Positions 45,580 to 59,364 of a DNA stretch of 64,000 nucleotides are shown in pieces (within the stretch, counting starts at the first letter, position 1; the number at the start of each line of letters is the position of its first letter). Below the pieces are notes generated by a model. The model was not told the DNA's origin. It searched no databases and saw only the letters and a program-made list of their open reading frames with translations. The DNA is from Eledone cirrhosa (Eukaryota), in contig CAXHJY010000744.1 in the NCBI GenBank assembly GCA_964016885.1, positions 1 to 64,000 of the forward strand, in the 5' to 3' direction. A program made the translations under genes and the position numbers.

Positions 45580-46044
45580 TTTTTCAATGTTTGTACATAT
45601 AATTGACCTCCTTTCCAACGCAAGAGACATACAGATACATATATATATTGATGTACAGTGGAGTGACATATATTATACTATACTATTTTTGTACAGCAAT
45701 TCAAATTCAAAATCAAAATCAAAATCAAAATTAAAATACATTCGGCAGATAACACAGATAATGCAAGAGGATAGTTTGATAGTCAGATCTAGTGGGTAGT
45801 GTATGCGTTAGTTACATATGGAGCATGCAAGTGTGTCTCATTTTTATACGATTATTGTGTGGCAGGGTGATACATGTAATGCAAGTACTTTAAGCGGGTA
45901 AGCAAGAGTATTATAGTGGTTGTAGTGGTAAGGTATTTTTTGTATAGAACAAAAAAGTATGTGTGCAGAAAGATAAAAAGAAAAAGAAGAAGCAAAAGAA
46001 AGTTATAGTTTTCGTATCCAGCACCATTTTCACATTCCGAATAA

Positions 46045-48005
<1,961 letters not shown>

Positions 48006-48056
48006 TAAAATAAAGTTAAATAAAAGTCAAATGATTAAAATTTAGCTTCGTTTATT

Positions 48057-48113
48057 ACTGCTATATATATATTTCAGTGACAGCCATCTTTGGCTGTGAC
48101 CTCTTCAGGCAGT
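48057..48113 (-). ncRNA. Complete hammerhead motif (left arm)
   Basis: Reverse complement of 49064-49118 with one extra TA in stem III. Confidence 0.75.
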
Positions 48114-48666
48114 TTGAATTAGTATGTTATAGACAAGTACATATGTTATTTAGGTGTATGATATTGTCAATACTCTGATATGCCCAGTTCCTTGTTGGGT
48201 TGTTAATTCACTGGGGAACTGGAGTCATATGAATTCAAACAAACGAATTTTCGTGTCACAGGTCCCCTTCTCCTCTCATTGGTCAGTTATTAGAACATTC
48301 CTCATTCTAAGTGTTGTTATTGTTGGAGTTAGCTTAAAAATTGATAAAATGGTAGAAGGGACAAGGTGTTAAAGGAACAAAATAACAAAAAAAGTGTCAA
48401 ACTTCCCATTGTTCAGTTCTGAGAGCATTCCTCAGTCAGAAGTCTATAGAATTCTTTCTGGTGGTGGGGGGGGGGGGGGTTCATGTATATGAAGAAATAT
48501 AAGGCAATAAATGAAGAAAACAGAAAATAAATAAATAATATAATAAAATAAAATAATTAATATAATTTGTGTAATTTGAAAATAAATAAATAAATAGAGA
48601 ATAAAGAATAAAGAGTAAATGAGAGATTGGTGAAAAAGTAATGATAATGATAACTCCAACAATAAC

Positions 48667-48851
48667 TGTTTCTACTTTAGGCACAAGGCCAGCAATTACC
48701 CAGTGCATTACTGGTACTTTATTTTATCGACCCCGTAAGGATGAAAGGCAAAGTCAACCTCGGCGGGATTTGAACTCAGATCGTAAAGGGACGTAACTAT
48801 GCTGAAAGCATGGCGTCCGACCCTCTACCGATACTGCCAATCCACCGCCCT
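48667..48851 (-). mobile_element. tRNA-derived SINE with 10-bp TSD
   Basis: CAACAATAAC at 48657-48666 and 48852-48861; same family as 42310-42523. Confidence 0.92.
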
Positions 48852-49063
48852 CAACAATAACAACACTTAGAATGAGGAATGTTCTAATAACTGACCAATG
48901 AGAGGAGAAGGGGACCTGTGACACGAAAATTCGTTTGTTTGAATTCATATGACTCCAGTTCCCCAGTGAATTAACAACCCAACAAGGAACTGGGCATATC
49001 AGAGTATTGACAATATCATACACCTAAACAACATATGTACTTGTCTATACCATACTAATTCAA

Positions 49064-49118
49064 ACTGCCTGAAGAGGTCACAGCCAAAGATGGCTGTCAC
49101 TGAAATATATATAGCAGT
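49064..49118 (+). ncRNA. Complete type I hammerhead motif (right arm)
   Basis: ACTGC-CTGAAGA-GGTCACAGCCA-AAGA-TGGCTGTCACT-GAAAT-ATAT-ATA-GCAGT, then AATAAA at 49119. Confidence 0.8.
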
Positions 49119-49190
49119 AATAAACGAAGCTAAATTTTAATCATTTGACTTTTATTTAACTTTATTTTACACTACTCCGGAGTAACCAAA

Positions 49191-49263
<73 letters not shown>

Positions 49264-49285
49264 AGCGAGAGAGAGAGGGGGGATA

Positions 49286-49325
<40 letters not shown>

Positions 49326-50726
49326 TCTGGTTATTGCTCTGCCTCTGTACTTCTTTTCTTGCTTCTGTTGGAAATTATTGCCATATTTCTCGCTATACCA
49401 TAGGCGCATGAATGAATGGCAATGTACTTCTGACTTATGTCCAACTGCGTGCCACCTTGAGCAAGTGCCTTCTATTTTACCTTGAGAAATTTGTTAGACT
49501 AAGATGCCGTGCAATAGGATCGAACCCGGATCCTCGTGATTGTATTGCACTTCTTAACCACTCAGTGAAGCGTCTGACGAAAGTATTAAAATTGGAAAGG
49601 TGCTTAAGTTATTGGAGTTTTCAATTGGTCTAGATCTAGTTTTAATCAAACTCGGGGCTTAGTGATTGCTAAACAAACTTCTTAACCACTCTGTTTACCT
49701 TACAATCCACAGACACTCGAGGTTTGTAGATATTTTCCAATTCCAGTTCATTGGATTCATAATGCCAAAGACTATTTCTTCCCAAAAATATTTAAACTAT
49801 TTTGGGAATTCTTTGTAATGAATCAGATTTAGATATTATTGCTTTTAGTTTCTAATTTTAAATTAAATGGGGACGGAGAAGCAATGTCATAATTTTTCTT
49901 TCTTCGGTGTTTGAGCAAAAAATAATTAGATTGAAATATATTTTATATTGTAGATCTAGAATTCGCATCGTTCTCTGTAGTTCTAACGAAAAAAAATGTT
50001 TAAGTTAAAAGGAAAACACCGTAGGTTAGTAACGTATAATTATAGGTGCTATTTGTATGACATTGTTGTCAGAATCGTTCAAATATCAGAAAGAATTATT
50101 TGTAGTATTTGTTCAGACTCTCTCCATTCTAAGTTCAAATCCTTTTAACTTTGTCTTTCATCGTTTTGAAGTCGATAAATATTGATGCAGTCAAAGAGCC
50201 GGTTGATTGGCAGAATTGTCACAGCGTTAAACGGGATGCTTTGCGTTAATTATTCCAGCTTTGTACATTCTGAAATCCCACCTCATATCGCAGGAAAAGC
50301 AATGTGCTTACGAAATTTTCCAGGTGCTTATATAAGGTTTATTTCTTTGCCTTAGTTGAAGCGTAATGTTCCACCAGTTATGAAGCAACCCCTTGAGTGA
50401 CCACTTTCAACACAAACGAAATGTCATCATATGTCTTACACCACCTATAAACTTGTTTAATCCACAACGAAGAGAATAGGCTCTTTACTCTAGTATAAAT
50501 ATATAATTAGAATGAAGGTGTGTGGCCAAGGGGTTAGGGCGTTGAACTCACAATCATAACATCATATGTTCAATTCCTAGACAGTGCAGCGCGTAGTGTT
50601 ATTTAAATAGACGCTTCCAGTTTACTTTTCATGATAGGTCTGGAGCCCATATCATTAAATCACCCAAGAAACCTCTTCTGAGCTACAAACTCGTAGGAAG
50701 CCAACTAAACCTGGTTAGGTTTCAGC

Positions 50727-50925
50727 AAGACCTGCCAACCTCTGAAACCCAGATGGGGAATACCATGAAAAAAAGTGCCACAAAACAGGGGGAAATTAGG
50801 CAAAATGGGGAGATTTTACACAATGAAAGCTATACCCATTTTAACAAGAGAAGACATCTCTCACCCATCCCAACGTGGCTAGGAGATTCCCCCCTCCACG
50901 TCGGACGGGGAGAGTTGACAGGTCT
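50727..50925. mobile_element. MITE copy 2 (opposite orientation)
   Basis: AGACCTGCCAACCTCT ... AGAGTTGACAGGTCTG terminal inverted repeats. Confidence 0.8.
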
Positions 50926-51582
50926 GTATAAGCTGTAAATTTCATTTTTTTCTACATTTTCTATAAGGTATGACAAGATCTTCAGTAGTACATTTATCAT
51001 TGATAGTTTTGTGGGTGGTGACATATTTGTCTTCTTTCTCCACACCAATACGATGTCTTCGTTTTCTTTTGCCAGCTCATTCTTCATCTTCCTAATGCTC
51101 ACTGGAGCAACTGAGAACGTCTGCTTGAACGGACAGACTTTAATTACACATTTGATACACTTGATAGAGGAATGTCATAAGTGTCATACGCTGTTTTCAC
51201 TCACTCATGAATCCGATGGGAGAAATGACAAGAAGAAATATTTTTTCCAAGAGAGTTTTGACTTGCTAAATTCCCAGTCTGAAGCTATTTTAATGCAGTT
51301 CAGTCGTCAATACGCTTCAGAACGTCATTAATGTCAAAAATCTCATTTTCCCATATTCTGTATAACTTAAATTAATCATTTCAGCAGATTCTAAAACATA
51401 TATCAAATCCAATACGTTAGAATAGAAGCGATCGAATTGATGAGTTAATAGAACGTCCGGTAGAGCAGATTACGATTTCTGCATTCAAATCTTATCCATT
51501 TGAGGTTGATTATGAATGGAACAACCCAGAGTTGGTTCAGTCCCCACCTCTCTTTCTCTCTCTCCCCCTCTCTCTCTCTCTA

Positions 51583-51613
<31 letters not shown>

Positions 51614-51619
51614 GGGTGG

Positions 51620-52345
51620 GTGTGGATGCTTTTTGACAGATGCACTTTTCCTCAGCTGAAGATCTACAGTCTTAGGTGAGGAAAAGACCAAGGCAGGACA
51701 AGTGGTACCTATATTGTTGTCTGGCGCTTACCACTCTCTACCAGTCTGGCAGTGCGATCGGTGGAAGTTCCACATTAACAATCTCTAGAGAATTAGTTGT
51801 GGGGAAGAGTGACGATATTCTCGATGAAGTTATGAGTGTCGACGAGAATGAACTAGCTGGTCTGTTCCGAAGAACTGTCGACTCAGGGACTATAGACAGT
51901 TTCCAGAAATCTCTAGCTTTTCCGTACTTTCTGGGGAAATTGCCGATTCGAGATAAACTCTGCAGGCATGGAAGTGCTGTCAAACGGGCCTATCTGAGAT
52001 GCACAAAGAGCGACCAAACTGTTCAGCATGCGCTTCTATATACCCGTGTATTGCTGACCTATGGAGTTGTTGAAAAATTGTTGTCGCATGTAGGACGAAT
52101 TCGGCTATCAACTGAGTCTATCCTGAAGATCGATCCACCGCCTTTTTTTTTTAACAGGGAAGTACCTACATCGAATTTTTCGAAGGATTGTCGGGGTGGG
52201 GAGGGAGTCGTGTTCTTCTAGTACATTTAATAAAATTGGTAAAAGTAGCGGAAATGGTAAGTGTGAATGGGTCTACTCTCACCTTGTGCCTCTCGGTCGA
52301 ACAACAATAATTGGGAGAGGGCACTCGCCTCAGGTGGTCAAAGCA
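51620..52345 (+). mobile_element. Tx1/L1-clade ORF2 C-terminal fragment
   Basis: IDSFQKSLA..LPIRDKLCRHGSAV..DQTVQHAL..VEKLLSHVGRIRLSTESILKI; related to 38450-38790. Confidence 0.7.
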
Positions 52346-52588
52346 GTTGTGGATCTGTGGAGATCCTGAATTAGGCTTAGGTGTTCAGCTATATATAATA
52401 GAAGGACTGATTACCTCATATAATTGTATACTACGTATACCCAACTTCTATCCTATATATACATGTCACCATTTTCTTTTTCTTCTCATTTCTATGTAAA
52501 TCCCCACCTTCATATTGTAACCTGTCTTCGTATCGTCTTCTCCATCTGATGTATATGTGTGTGTATATATATATTGACACCCAGCTTC

Positions 52589-52615
52589 CTGAAGATTCCA
52601 TCTGAATGAAACAGT

Positions 52616-52616
<1 letters not shown>
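52589..52616 (+). ncRNA. Truncated hammerhead-like motif related to 20628-20655
   Basis: CTGAAGA-TTCCATCTGAAT-GAAAC-AGTA, running directly into (CA)n(TA)n. Confidence 0.4.
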
Positions 52617-52683
<67 letters not shown>

Positions 52684-52912
52684 CTAGAATAATCACAGGA
52701 GATAATTTTTAAAAAAGTGTGTAAGCACACATAGCTAGGTAGGTAACTAAATAAAGTTAACCAGAACTTCAAAAGTTATCTCCTGTGATTATTCATGTTT
52801 ATTTATATGTTAATCAAAGTTCTAGTTATTATAAAATCTTAGAGCTTATTTTGCGGGTGATATGGCGCATGTCTTTCTGGCATGGCACCCATAATTTTGA
52901 TTATCTTAATTT

Positions 52913-52951
<39 letters not shown>

Positions 52952-53001
52952 TGCCTTCGCCTCCATTTATTCTGCTTAGATATATATATATATATCATAC
53001 G

Positions 53002-53157
<156 letters not shown>

Positions 53158-53732
53158 AGTCTATGTATACAAAGGTTGTTTAGCTAGCTCAATAGTACAG
53201 AGCACTCAGACAAAATTTGAGAAGTGCAGAGTTCGATTCTCTGTAGCGACTGCTGGTTTCTTTTCCTAGAGACAGAAGGTAAGATTTGAACTCAAAATGA
53301 GCAGAACCGGATCAAATCCCGCAGAATATCCCCTCGAATCTTTACCGATTCCACCAATCCACGCTTCTACACGCGTAAATTTTTTACCGACCCCGAAAAG
53401 ATGAAAAGAAAATTTAACCTCAGTGGGATTTGAACCAGAACGAATACCAAAGCATTTAATCCAAAGTTCTAACGCCCCTCGTAATCCTAAATCCTAAACC
53501 AAAGCACAAAGGTCAGTTTGAAAATAAGGGAAGAGAAGTAATAAAGAAGAAAGAGAGAGCGTGAGAGAGAGTAAGAAAGAGAGAGAGGGAGAGAGAGAGT
53601 GCGTGTGTGTGTATGTGTGCGTGTGTGTATTTATGATAATAGGATACAAGCACAACGTTCGAGTGTTAACTGCGGCGTTGGGAGTAGATGACCAACCCTA
53701 GTCACTTAGGATCACAAAGGAAAACAACCCTC

Positions 53733-53890
53733 GCCATGCTTTGCAGTAAAGAGTTACGGCCATTTATGGTCTGAGTTCAAATCCCGCCGAGGTTCACTTT
53801 GCCTTTCATCCTTACGGGGTCGATAAAATAAAGTACCAGTAATACACTGGTATAATTGCTGGCCTTGTGCCAAAAGTAAAAACAATTATA
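53733..53890 (+). mobile_element. 5'-truncated tRNA SINE
   Basis: Near-identical to 42338-42523 and to the reverse complement of 48667. Further decayed copies lie at 53275-53480. Confidence 0.85.
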
Positions 53891-54211
53891 TTATATATAT
53901 ATCCTCTTTTATCCTTTACACAATATCAGTCAGATATTACGAATTGACTATGTCAGAATTTCAAGAGAACTTATGTAGCTGGTGTGGTTTATAGAGTAAA
54001 TATTTATATAATGGATTTGCTTTCGAATATGGTACTGTGTACTGTAGAGTAAGGAATAGGCTCATTCAGTTGTTTGATCACCTCAACTATGGCATCTCCC
54101 GGCCATTCTTGTGCAATTTAAGCTCAGCGAAGCCCATCCCTCTCCAGGTCTGAGAACAGTATATTTCTTCCAGAGAAAGATAGAAAGCGAAAGAGAGGAA
54201 GTGAGAAAGAT

Positions 54212-54362
54212 ACCGACCCCAGTACTAGACTGGTACTTTTTTATCGACCTCGAAAGGATGAAAGGCAAAATTCACCTTGGCAGAATGTGAACTCAGAGAG
54301 CTGGAATGAATACCATAAAACATTCTATCCAACGTTCTAACGACTCTGTCAATTCGCCGCCT
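54212..54362 (-). mobile_element. tRNA SINE
   Basis: CTGGTACTTTTTTATCGACCTCGAAAGGATGAAAGGC core. Confidence 0.8.
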
Positions 54363-54817
54363 TCATCTGACCTGAACTATGCTATCCATTAATTGTATAT
54401 AAAAGACTGAATATTCAACGGACATATACTCTCTTAAGCAGAATCAGCGTGACACAGTGTGTGGCAAGACTAAGCCTTTGCACTACATCTGACGAGCTTC
54501 TTCTTCTTCTTGAGATACAAAGATACAAAAACTATATACGCAGTCTAAAACATGCGGCTATAATTTCTACATAGTTCATAGGAATATGATTTATAAAATA
54601 GAAAAGTATTTATATACACAGTGGGGTAATATTTTTTCAGTTCGGTTTTGATGCAGATGTCAAGCTCTACTGAATAGCAAGAAGTCTCTCGTCGAGAAGA
54701 TACACTATATCCTGGCGACGGATTACTGTAGTAGTTACTTTGCTTTTTAAAATCTGTCGGGTTTCTACGGAAGTAATAAATCAGTGTGATAGGAGCTCTA
54801 CTGTGCGTGAGTGTATG

Positions 54818-54859
<42 letters not shown>

Positions 54860-54927
54860 GAGGTTATATTTAATTTTAAAATGTTTATAACTGATATAAA
54901 GCACTCAACAGTTAGTGGAGTAAATAT

Positions 54928-55221
54928 ACAATATATTAATAAATGGAAACTATATTTATAAAACCATATTTATTTTATTATACATATTTCAAGGGCAACC
55001 AAGGCAAATTATGGTGCGCTTTCATCAGATAAAATACAGATTTGTTTTATAAATAAATATTGACATACCCGGGAAAAATTATGGGGTATGTCAATATTTA
55101 TTTATAAAACAAATCTGTATTTTATCTGATGAAAGCGCACCATAATTTGCCTTGGTTGCCCTTGAAATATGTATAATAAAATAAATATGGTTTTATAAAT
55201 ATAGTTTCCATTTATTAATAT

Positions 55222-55226
<5 letters not shown>
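54928..55226. repeat. Apparently perfect 143-bp inverted repeat, 13-nt spacer, hammerhead motif in each arm
   Basis: Arms are 54928-55070 and 55084-55226. CTGATGA at 55126-32, GAAA at 55164-67 and GTA at 55171-73. Confidence 0.9.
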
Positions 55227-55312
<86 letters not shown>

Positions 55313-55665
55313 TGAAATGGGGGCGGGGGTGAGTGTGTGTCTGTCTGTGTGTGCGTGCGTGTGTGTGTGTGCATGCTCATCCGCTGCACCCCTTCAAGAT
55401 AAAGCCCTCTCATTTTTCTCTTAAAACCTCCTCTTCCAACTTTACTCTCTTATGATTAAGAACTAACGTCCGATACGTTAGGACATTCTTATTCCTTTCC
55501 CCACAAGCGATAAACTGTGAGTAATTAGTCTCCCCCGTTTGTTCTGTTTCTTTGGATTTTTTTACATTGCATATTATGATGTCACCGCTACTTTGCGAAA
55601 GAATTGCTTGCCGATGATGCAATATTGTGTGTACGATTTAAATACACACAAACACACACACACAA

Positions 55666-55703
<38 letters not shown>

Positions 55704-55705
55704 CA

Positions 55706-55754
<49 letters not shown>

Positions 55755-55755
<1 letters not shown>

Positions 55756-56590
55756 GAGGTGTGTCAAAAAAGTTCCAGGACTGATGTCACAAAAGATATA
55801 TTTCAAACCTAAACTTAACAAAAGTAATCCCCTGGAGTCTAATGCACTTTTCCATCCTTTTCTGCCACGCTTGCTTGCACTACTGGATCCTCCGCAGTTC
55901 CGTCGTCACAGCCTTTTTGATGTCGTCCACGTCTTCAAAACGGGTTCTCTCCGGGTCATACTCGAATATCCATGACTCATCACAGGTGATGACTGTCCCT
56001 AGCAAGTCTGGTTCGGTTTCAAGACGCTCGAGGATGTCCTGGCACACTTGCATGCGTCGACCCTTCTGGTCATCGTTCAGCAGTTTTGACAGAATCTTCG
56101 CGCAGACTCTCCGCATGTCCAAATCTTCAGTCAGAATCTTCCAGACGCTGTCCCGATTCATTTGCCATCAGTCGAACAGTCAGCCGACGATCGCTACGCA
56201 CCATCTGCCTGACGCGCTCGACGTTGACCTCAGTCTTGGTTGAGGGCCTTCCGTTCCTGGGGTCATCTTGCACCACTCAAAAATATGTGAGCGTGACATC
56301 GTCTCATCTCCATACACTTGCTGCAGCAATCCCAGTGCTTCTGACGGAGTTTTCCCCAACCGTACCAGAAACTTCAAATTTGTTCGTTGCTCTGTGCTCA
56401 TAGCTTGACGACCTGAAACAGAGGACATGGATATAAAATTATGAAGAAAAAGTTTGATCGCTGCAGAGAACTAAGATTACAGTTACATACTCCAGGGGGA
56501 TTACTTTGAAGGAGAAAACTCTTATTGAGAAGTTTGGGTTTGAAATAAATCTTTTATGACATCAGTCCTGGAACTTTTCTCACACACCTC

Positions 56591-56591
<1 letters not shown>
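55755..56591 (-). mobile_element. Internally deleted mariner transposon in (TA)n
   Basis: TIRs TA-CGAGGTGTGT..AAAAGTTCCAGGACTGATGTCA. Transposase pieces read EQRTNLKFLVRLGKTPSE, RRVCAKILSKLL and VITCDESWIFEYDPE|RTRFEDVDDIK. Confidence 0.92.
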
Positions 56592-56635
<44 letters not shown>

Positions 56636-57079
56636 CTTTGAACTTGTGTATCGATTACAAAAAATATAAACGCTTCAAATGAGATATTTACGTAGAATTG
56701 GCATGATTCTTTTCCCCAGAAATTGTTCTTCAACTCTGTCTTCTACTTCCCGGGGCAACGTAAGATATCAGTGTTAGTATCAAATGAACTCTAGAGATTT
56801 ATTTTGTCTTTATTATTCCTGTTGCCCTTTTCAATACTGCAAACAACGTTGAATTATGAGATAAAGTAGTTAAAAAATATAATAAAAAAGAAAAGGGAAT
56901 TTACTAACTAACCAATTATGTGTGTTCTAAGTTGATTTATTATAAGCAAAGTAAAGCTAGCGAAGTTGATGGCGGTAATGTTGAGAGTATAGTAATTATC
57001 TTGTGTGTACTACCTTATATAATCCGATGTTCGACTTTCAGAGAACAAAGCATGCAAGATTGGCGATACAATCCAAATA

Positions 57080-57347
57080 CTATATATATATATATATATA
57101 TATTTATGTATGTATCTATGTATGTGTGTGTGTGTGTGTATGTGTGTGTGTATATATATATATGTGTGTGTGTGTATGTGTGTGTGTATATATATATATG
57201 TGTGCGTATGTATAAATATATGTATATGTGTGTGTATGTATAAATATATATATATATGTATGTATGTATCTATGTATATATATATATGTGTGTGTGTGTG
57301 TATGTGTGTGTGTGTGTATATATATGTGTGTGTATATATATTTTATT

Positions 57348-57435
<88 letters not shown>
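57080..57435. repeat. (TA)n/(TG)n compound microsatellite
   Basis: Direct reading. Confidence 0.9.
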
Positions 57436-57437
<2 letters not shown>

Positions 57438-58835
57438 ATGAGACACCAATATTGACTAATGACGTTGCGTTTGATCTTAACATATGAAATAAGCTATTTA
57501 GTAGTGGCGTAAAATTACATCATACAAATCATTACACACAACATAATAGGTTCTGAAATCAAAGCAAACAATACAAAGGTAACGTTATTAAGAGATTACT
57601 AATTAAATGAAAAAAAATAATAGATGAATAAGTAGATAAAAAATAAAGTGTATTGACTACACAGAGGACTTTCATATTATGCAATTTTAGTTGTAATTTT
57701 ATTAAACTTTTACAAAGAGATGGAAAAAAATGCTGATATATAAAGAAGGATTTTTAACTAAGACAAGTGATTAAATCGACGCCGACATGGTTTGAACTTA
57801 GAATATAAAGAGAAGACACTAAATGTGGCTAGGATTTTAACGGACGCTTTGCCAATCCAGTATCCTTGGTTTTACTATATGACAGTTTTCTATAATTATT
57901 TTCTTTTACTTCAAATATTGGAGTTTTTCCCGAAAGATTAGTCTAAATCCATACGTTTAGAGCCTATATGGGATAGGTTTTATCCAGTACATTAGCCCGG
58001 GACTTGGAGGGCTAAGACAAGGTTCGCGAAAAGCTGACGGCTTCCAAAGGAAACCTCGTAACCCCTTGAATCTCGAGAGGAGCTTTCACTCATCTAGCCT
58101 AGAGCGGATTAATCTTGCAGAGATTCTCTGGTTTATCATGAGATTCATCTATATATAATATATTATTTATAGTAACAAGAAAATTAATTCGGAGACCTTT
58201 AAATATTGCGAACCTCTGTCCATAATCTGGTAGCCCTCCTATTTTAATCCACCACTACACTTAGGGCCGACAAACGTCCTGAATTCAAATCCTGTTAGGA
58301 GTCGACTTTGGCTTAAACCCTCCAGTTATGTACTGGGGTCGATCTCATCGGATATACCCATTCCTTGAGATTTGAGGCTTTGTGTATATATAAGAAACCA
58401 ATATTATGTATTCACTTCTACTTCAACTTTCTAGTAACATCTAAATGGACTGAACCAGTAAAGGCGGCTCGGCCAATTACAACTAACTATTTAGAATCTG
58501 TACAATTTTTGTCCGTTTGTCACACAGGAACTTTTCGATCTGTCGAAAACATTCTAATTTTTCTTTTAGAATTCAAGCAATACACAATTGAAGCAGAAGA
58601 AACATGGGGAGAAGGAGATTCAAATATACTAAATGTTCTAAGATGCCTTCTTTTATGCAAGAAATCAGCGTTCTCTGCCAACAATGTTGTCTATCTGCCT
58701 GTCTATTTGTTATTTGATTATCAGTCTGTATATATGTATATATGTATGTCTCTTTCTCTCTGTCTGTCTGTCTGTCTCTCCCCTCCTCCTCTCTCCTTTT
58801 CTCTCTTTCTTTAAATATATATATATATATGCATC

Positions 58836-58899
<64 letters not shown>

Positions 58900-58939
58900 C
58901 GCGTTTAGAAGAAATACTGTGTAGCGTCGGAAAATTCTG

Positions 58940-59140
58940 TAAATCAAATTGGAGACAGAATGAAACGATTCAAACGGAACAAACAAATAACTTCCGATCT
59001 TCAGCCATCCGTTTTGAGCAAAGATATCCAAGTATATCACAGATATGAACGAATATCTGCGCTCAGAACGAATGGTTGAAGATCGGAAATTATATGTTTG
59101 TTCCATTCGTATTGTTTTATTCCGCTTCCAATTTGATTTA
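58940..59140. repeat. Diverged ~88-bp inverted repeat with decayed hammerhead-like cores
   Basis: Arms are ~58940-59027 and ~59053-59140. Minus strand ATGG-CTGAAGA-T-CGGAA..TTCCG-TTT-GAATCGTT. Confidence 0.65.
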
Positions 59141-59328
59141 TATATCTACGTATTTTTGTTGCAGTTTGATGAAGAATCCGAATATTACTAATTCAATCCT
59201 TAAGACCACGAATTATGCACTACTACAATATTATATGTATGGAAAAGTAATAACAAAAATAACAAAACAAACGGCACAGTACATGGAAGAAATATATTAG
59301 TTTAACGCTTGAAATAGCAGGAAGAGAG

Positions 59329-59364
59329 TCTTAACGTTTCAGACACAAGTCCTTCATCAGAAGA
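59329..59364 (-). ncRNA. Minimal hammerhead motif (no stem III loop)
   Basis: Minus strand: TCTT-CTGATGA-A-GGAC-TTGT-GTCT-GAAAC-GTT-AAGA. Confidence 0.7.

Larger units (their letters stand above)
48006..49169. mobile_element. Fold-back element with ~325-bp inverted arms, each carrying a hammerhead
   Basis: The left arm 48006-48331 is the reverse complement of 48651-49169 once the SINE is removed. The ORF track shows the same peptide at 48154+ and 49023-. Confidence 0.9.

Noticed and set aside
48154-49023. Duplicated 57-aa peptide MYDIVNTLICPVPCW.. on opposite strands
   Set aside because: A by-product of the inverted repeat; it uses a GTG start and has no recognisable domain.
50936-51331. 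Overlapping ~100-130 codon open frames on both strands
   Set aside because: No recognisable motifs or convincing splice sites; cannot be called.
53185-53250. tRNA-like sequence with A/B boxes (also 42718-42795)
   Set aside because: No complete cloverleaf or acceptor stem was found; these are SINE heads, not tRNA genes.
58020-58066. CTGACGG..GAAAC-CTC-GTA hammerhead-like string
   Set aside because: The core is altered, stem II is weak and stem I does not pair; it may be chance. The same applies to 44228-44266 and 43128-43160.
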